From positions 1 through 45,755 of IMG/VR virus record IMGVR_UViG_3300023214_000150: a DNA stretch of 45,755 bases; one strand, written 5' to 3'. The notes below the pieces were generated by a model. That model was not told the origin of the DNA. It did no database searches and was given only the letters and a program-made list of their open reading frames with translations. Every line of letters starts with the position of its first letter. Position 1 is the stretch's first letter. This stretch comes from a virus (taxonomy: Duplodnaviria; Caudoviricetes). The position numbers and the translations under genes are program-made. Shown here piece by piece: positions 42,278 through 45,755 of this stretch.

Positions 42278-42870
42278 GCCGCAATCTCCAATTCCGCCCC
42301 GAATAGCGAATCTCGAACAATGTGGAGCCGACCGGGCGAACGTCCAGCATTGCGAACGGTCGCGTACCACATGGCCGCTTGTGTTTCGGCCGGTGTCCAA
42401 CCGAGCCGCTTTGCGGCAATCCGAATCCGCCTTGTGCATTCGGCGTGTACGCCGACGCGATTAAATGCTCGTTGGTCGACGCCAAACGCTACCGCCATCC
42501 AAACGTCCAGCACGATTGCCGAACCATCGCCCCGCAACGCATCAGCAAACGGTCGGGTCTTCGGTCCTCGAATCTCGCCGGTCTGTTCGTAGTGGTCAAC
42601 AGACGCCCGAACGCTCCGCATCACATCGGCCGCGTATTCGCCGGTTTCGGCATAGCGGACGGCAAAGCGGATGCTACGCTTCACTGCTACACGGGGCGAG
42701 AACAACGCGAGCAGATCGGCGAACCGCCGGGGTGCGATGTTCAACAAAACCGATCCTCGGTCGACTTGTTCGCGGGCTTCATCATACCAGAATCGCCCCG
42801 CTTCGCCTTGTTCGGCAAGGCGTACAAGGGTGCTCACAGACGCGAGACGTGGTTTCTTCTGATTCGGCAC
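42274..42870 (-). CDS. Helix-hairpin-helix DNA glycosylase-like phage protein (DUF7178-type)
   Basis: FWY...LALFSPR...GPKTRPF...AIVLDVWM...TPAETQAAMW; GGAGG RBS before GTG 42870. Confidence 0.65.
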   Translation of the reverse strand: MPNQKKPRLASVSTLVRLAEQGEAGRFWYDEAREQVDRGSVLLNIAPRRFADLLALFSPRVAVKRSIRFAVRYAETGEYAADVMRSVRASVDHYEQTGEIRGPKTRPFADALRGDGSAIVLDVWMAVAFGVDQRAFNRVGVHAECTRRIRIAAKRLGWTPAETQAAMWYATVRNAGRSPGRLHIVRDSLFGAELEIAA

Positions 42871-42899
42871 GGTTGGTCCTCCGGTGTGCGGGCGAAAAT

Positions 42900-42928
42900 G
42901 ACGCCGCACCCGTTAGGGCGTGGCGTCG
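42900..42928. repeat. Repeated intergenic hairpin element, copy B
   Basis: GACGCCGCACCCGTTAGGGCGTGGCGTCG, identical to the core of copy A. Confidence 0.85.
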
Positions 42929-42937
42929 GCGGCGGAG

Positions 42938-43123
42938 TCAGTCGGCAGCGGGGTAGCGGTCAACGGGAGTCTCAAACCGGGTGCCGTTGTGGTTCCGCTT
43001 GATCCGCACGACACGGCCAGACGGTCCGGCCGCCTGTTCAGCGGCGATACGGCTATCGGTGCGAGCAGTCGAGCCGTCAGGACGGATCGCTCGATAGCCG
43101 AGGATGCGGGGCTTGTGTCTCAT
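42938..43123 (-). CDS. Hypothetical protein (61 aa)
   Basis: AAAGG RBS before ATG 43123. Confidence 0.55.
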   Translation of the reverse strand: MRHKPRILGYRAIRPDGSTARTDSRIAAEQAAGPSGRVVRIKRNHNGTRFETPVDRYPAAD

Positions 43124-43159
43124 GGCTTGCCTTTCGGTTACAGTGCGTTGCCGACCACG

Positions 43160-43202
43160 ACGGCCGATGAATCGACGCCGCACCCGCTAAGGCACGGCAC
43201 CG
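43160..43202. repeat. Repeated intergenic hairpin element, copy C (diverged)
   Basis: CCGATGAATCGACGCCGCACCCGCTAAGGCACGGCACCG differs from copy A by transitions. Confidence 0.75.
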
Positions 43203-43215
43203 GGGGCGGGGCGTA

Positions 43216-43578
43216 TCAACCACAAGTCAGAATGTCGGCGGTTCCGTTGGGATACTGGACAACAACGCTTTGCTGCCCCAGCATACCACCGGCCCTCTTG
43301 GCGAATTGCCCTACTTCGGTCGCAGGGTCGCCGTCCTCCGAGTTAGCGAACGCCCCGCAACGCTTATCAACAACAATGTCGATTGTGACGCCGGGCTCAG
43401 TGACAAGGCGGCCAGCATCGTCAATCCAACCGCCTTGCGTGTGGGTTAGCGTGAATCCGCCGAATTGACGGGCCGCATTCCTGAGAATGCGTTGGATTGT
43501 CGGCCTCTGTTGGGCGGGGGCGATAGCATTCCCGTTTGCATCGTAGCCGATGCCGATGATGATTCGGTAGCTGTGCAT
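43216..43578 (-). CDS. SAM-lyase/DUF3574-like protein (first early gene)
   Basis: FGGFTLTHTQGGWIDDAGRLVTEPGVTIDI...MLGQQSVVV pattern; GGAG RBS; directly behind the outermost promoter. Confidence 0.6.
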   Translation of the reverse strand: MHSYRIIIGIGYDANGNAIAPAQQRPTIQRILRNAARQFGGFTLTHTQGGWIDDAGRLVTEPGVTIDIVVDKRCGAFANSEDGDPATEVGQFAKRAGGMLGQQSVVVQYPNGTADILTCG

Positions 43579-43619
43579 GGTCGATTCTCCGTGAAAAGGG
43601 GGTTGGGCGATTCGCCCTA

Positions 43620-43648
43620 AGTATGCTTTGTCGATCGCACTCTGTCAA
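43620..43648 (-). promoter_or_regulatory. Outermost early promoter
   Basis: TTGACA-17 bp-CATACT. Confidence 0.7.
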
Positions 43649-43732
43649 GGGTTAACTAGTCAAAAATCGGCCGCTAAATATCCTATGCTCAAAATTGCCG
43701 TAAGTAGTTTAACGGCAAGGGGTTTGAGTTTT

Positions 43733-43860
43733 GGTCCCTAAACTTCCCATGTTCCACACTGATCGCATGGGCCGACAGAAAAAATGATAGTTAGAGTACG
43801 AACGATCAAAAAAATGAATCGCACATGGGACCAGTTAGCAGCTTGGGAAGTTTAGGGACC
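43733..43860. repeat. Perfect 17-bp inverted repeat with a 94-bp spacer
   Basis: GGTCCCTAAACTTCCCA (43733-43749) and TGGGAAGTTTAGGGACC (43844-43860). Confidence 0.9.
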
Positions 43861-44008
43861 TATGCGTAAGGTACTGATATTGCAAAGGTTAGGGCGGATT
43901 CGACCATGGGATGATTGTTGAGCTGGGGGTTGCGGGCCGGGAGAATTGCGGGGCGGTCGAAGGGCCCACAAACCCCCGATTCCTGAATCGACACCACCCC
44001 CGGCCCCC

Positions 44009-44119
44009 CGATTCACAATCCGACTATGCGTTTCTTTGCATAGTGCGATTGCGAATCAGACTATGCGTTACTTCCAATAGTGCGATTCTCGATCGGACTA
44101 TGCGTTGTTTCGTATGTAC
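44009..44119. repeat. Three 37-bp iteron-like direct repeats
   Basis: CGATT-N3-RATC-N-GACTATGCGTT-N7-ATAGTG at 44009, 44046 and 44083; the third copy is degenerate at its end. Confidence 0.85.
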
Positions 44120-44363
44120 GCCGTTATTGCGGACGTTGTGGGCGTGCGTCCAGCGTAGGGCGGAATACGCGGGCGTAGCAAACCCCATGCCAAAGCCGAT
44201 GCGTTCGGAGTTTGTTCGGTTGCGGGGCGGGTACGACCTTTGGGGGCGGGGGAGTCGGTTGGGTCCCTCTTATTTGTTGCCCCCCACAAATCAGAAAATC
44301 CAGCTTTTACATCTTTTACTACTGTCCTCGGCGAAGCCTGCCCGCCAGAGTTAGAATACGCTC

Positions 44364-44400
44364 TTGACATCCGCCGAGGGTATGGTATAATGCCCGCATC
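44364..44400 (+). promoter_or_regulatory. Promoter at the start of the late arm
   Basis: TTGACA-TCCGCCGAGGGTATGG (16 bp)-TATAAT-GCCCGCATC. Confidence 0.85.
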
Positions 44401-44420
44401 GAACAACTGGAGACCCGATC

Positions 44421-44600
44421 GTGCCCGACCCCGAACCGAATACCGACAACCGCAACCACTCCGCATCCAAGGACTCTCGCGGCAGTTGCCCCATGTCCCC
44501 CGACGGCGGGCCCGGGTGTGCCCGGTGTGGCGGCCCGACGGTGCCGAACGGAACCTGTCGCCTGTGCATGAACTGCGGCTCAACCAGCGGATGTTCGTAG
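44421..44600 (+). CDS. 59-aa Cys-rich protein resembling the C-terminal zinc-ribbon/redox tail of class II ribonucleotide reductase
   Basis: GGAGACCC RBS with GTG start; hand translation ends ...GPGCARCGGPTVPNGTCRLCMNCGSTSGCS-stop; below the ORF-track cutoff. Confidence 0.8.
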   Translation: MPDPEPNTDNRNHSASKDSRGSCPMSPDGGPGCARCGGPTVPNGTCRLCMNCGSTSGCS

Positions 44601-44610
44601 GAGACCCGCC

Positions 44611-45066
44611 GTGCCCGACTTCAAACTGACCCATGTGCTGACCGACCCGGACGGGAATCGGCTGACCGACGATGATCGGTTCGCCGACACAACCCTGAGT
44701 GTGACCAGCGGCGAGGTCTTCCATGTGAAGCAGACAGTCGCCGACGCCTACGGCAACGATGTGCTGTGGGAAGATGGGGCGGGCGGCTTCGACTCGTTCG
44801 AGGTCGGCCTGATCCTGAGCGACCAAGACATCGCCGTCGAGTTGCGAAACGACAATGGCACCGCTGATGCCGTCCTTGTGTTCGTCGAGGCGAATGTGCC
44901 CTTCTACTTCCGGCCGGAACTCGGGGCCGTGGCAGGGAGCGAGGCCATCGACGGCAGCGACCTCGTGGACGACACCGACTACCACACCGTCGACCAGATC
45001 GCTGTGCAGCGTAACGCGGCGGACGGGGAGGGCGATGCCGCCGTTGAACTGTGGCTGCTGAAATAA
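44611..45066 (+). CDS. Hypothetical acidic beta-rich protein (likely virion)
   Basis: AGGAGACCC RBS, GTG start, strong codon bias. Confidence 0.75.
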   Translation: MPDFKLTHVLTDPDGNRLTDDDRFADTTLSVTSGEVFHVKQTVADAYGNDVLWEDGAGGFDSFEVGLILSDQDIAVELRNDNGTADAVLVFVEANVPFYFRPELGAVAGSEAIDGSDLVDDTDYHTVDQIAVQRNAADGEGDAAVELWLLK

Positions 45067-45070
45067 CTTT

Positions 45071-45130
45071 CGCCGCTGAGTAGAGCCCCAGCCCTCTCCG
45101 GGTCTCGGGCGGGGCTCCTCGGCGGTTTTT
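45071..45130 (+). terminator. Long hairpin plus T5, probable terminator
   Basis: CGCCG...GAGCCCC...GGGGCTC...CGGCG followed by GTTTTT. Confidence 0.6.
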
Positions 45131-45176
45131 GCAGGTGGGACAAAATGGTGTGTAATATACTGTGGAGGCGACGCTG

Positions 45177-45755
45177 ATGGCTGGAGTCTACTTAAAGGCC
45201 GTCCGTGACGATTACGCCGGTACGTTCGCGTTGCCGCTGGACGAGACTTCCGGCTCGCCACAGGACTTCATTGGTTTTAATAACGGCACGTTGGGGGGCA
45301 ACCCGACGCAGGGGGTCCCCGGCCTCATCACGAAAGCGATCGACTTTGATGGAGCCGGAGACTATGTTGAAGTCCCGGCCGACGCCGCGTTTGAGCCGGG
45401 TACGTCGGATTTTTCTGTCAGCTTCATCTTTAATCCCGACCAAGTGTCCTCTACAGTTCAGCTTTTCAGTAAAAAGCAGGGAGGACTAAACAAAACTGGA
45501 TATGCCATCACCCAGATCGACAGGCACCTAGGGATCGGACTCAGTGACGGCAACGATACCGCGTTTGTTCCGGGGGGCGTCACGGGAGAGATTCTGACCG
45601 CCGGCGGTGGCCCATACCATGTTGTCGTCGCATTCGACAGGGACGACGTCGCCACTATCTACGTCGATGGAGTGGATCAAGGCACTCTGGACATCAGTAT
45701 CGCCCAAGGGTCGCTGACCAACGCTTCAATGCCCCTCCGGTTCGGGGCGAGGACG
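45177..45755 (+). CDS. 5' part of the LamG-domain protein (continues across the join to base 283)
   Basis: GGAGG RBS; MAGVYLKAV...LPLDETSG...AIDFDGAGDYVEVP...DFSVSFIF...YHVVVAFD; open to the window end. Confidence 0.85.
   Translation, partial: MAGVYLKAVRDDYAGTFALPLDETSGSPQDFIGFNNGTLGGNPTQGVPGLITKAIDFDGAGDYVEVPADAAFEPGTSDFSVSFIFNPDQVSSTVQLFSKKQGGLNKTGYAITQIDRHLGIGLSDGNDTAFVPGGVTGEILTAGGGPYHVVVAFDRDDVATIYVDGVDQGTLDISIAQGSLTNASMPLRFGART
45629..45755. repeat. Terminal direct repeat (copy 2)
   Basis: Identical to bases 1-127. Confidence 0.95.

Larger units (their letters stand above)
43650..44360. other. Non-coding, AT-enriched control region (candidate origin and/or packaging terminus)
   Basis: Lies between divergent promoters, lacks a credible ORF, contains inverted and direct repeats. 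Confidence 0.7.

Noticed and set aside
44009-44119. 37-bp repeats as a mini CRISPR array
   Set aside because: The variable parts are only 3-7 nt, there are no spacer-length unique segments, and no cas operon is present.
43911-45261. ORFs 43911..44354 (+), 44240..44629 (+) and 44098..45261 (-)
   Set aside because: They cross the iterons and the late promoter and lack RBSs; the 44421..44600 and 44611..45066 frames are much better supported.
45629-45755. 127-bp terminal repeat as a biological direct terminal repeat
   Set aside because: It falls mid-gene and its length equals a standard assembler k-mer; it is best explained as circular overlap.
1-45755. tRNA, rRNA, introns/inteins, reverse transcriptase/DGR, or an alternative genetic code
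   Set aside because: None detected by eye; core genes are uninterrupted and all three stop codons terminate genes normally. A covariance-model scan was not possible.

Overview
The window is a complete, circularly assembled genome of a GC-rich tailed phage with podovirus-like architecture. Bases 1-127 are repeated exactly at 45629-45755, so the unit genome is about 45,628 bp. There are two divergent arms around a non-coding control region at about 43650-44360. The + arm (44421 through the join to 20852) is the virion module: LamG protein, TerS/TerL, portal, scaffold, major capsid, adaptor, tail nozzle, head fibre and three ejection-type proteins. The - arm (43578 down to 20758) carries about 25 small early genes, then family A DNA polymerase, RuvC-like resolvase, a PD-(D/E)XK/AAA/SSB recombination module, GroES, primase-helicase, nucleotide hydrolases and a membrane/lysis-like cluster with no recognisable endolysin. 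I found no integrase, tRNA or CRISPR array. A DUF1580-like HTH gene hints at a planctomycete host (inference). The most notable observations are: (1) an apparently intact GGDEF diguanylate-cyclase domain inside the 1523-aa ejection protein, suggesting a virion-delivered c-di-GMP synthase; (2) a 59-aa gene missed by the ORF track that is a stand-alone copy of the class II ribonucleotide reductase (NrdJ) C-terminal Cys tail; (3) a SAM-lyase-like first early gene together with apparent genome-wide avoidance of GCGC and CCWGG; (4) 37-bp iterons, a 17-bp inverted repeat and a thrice-repeated intergenic hairpin. All family assignments come from motif recognition by eye; no database searches were run.
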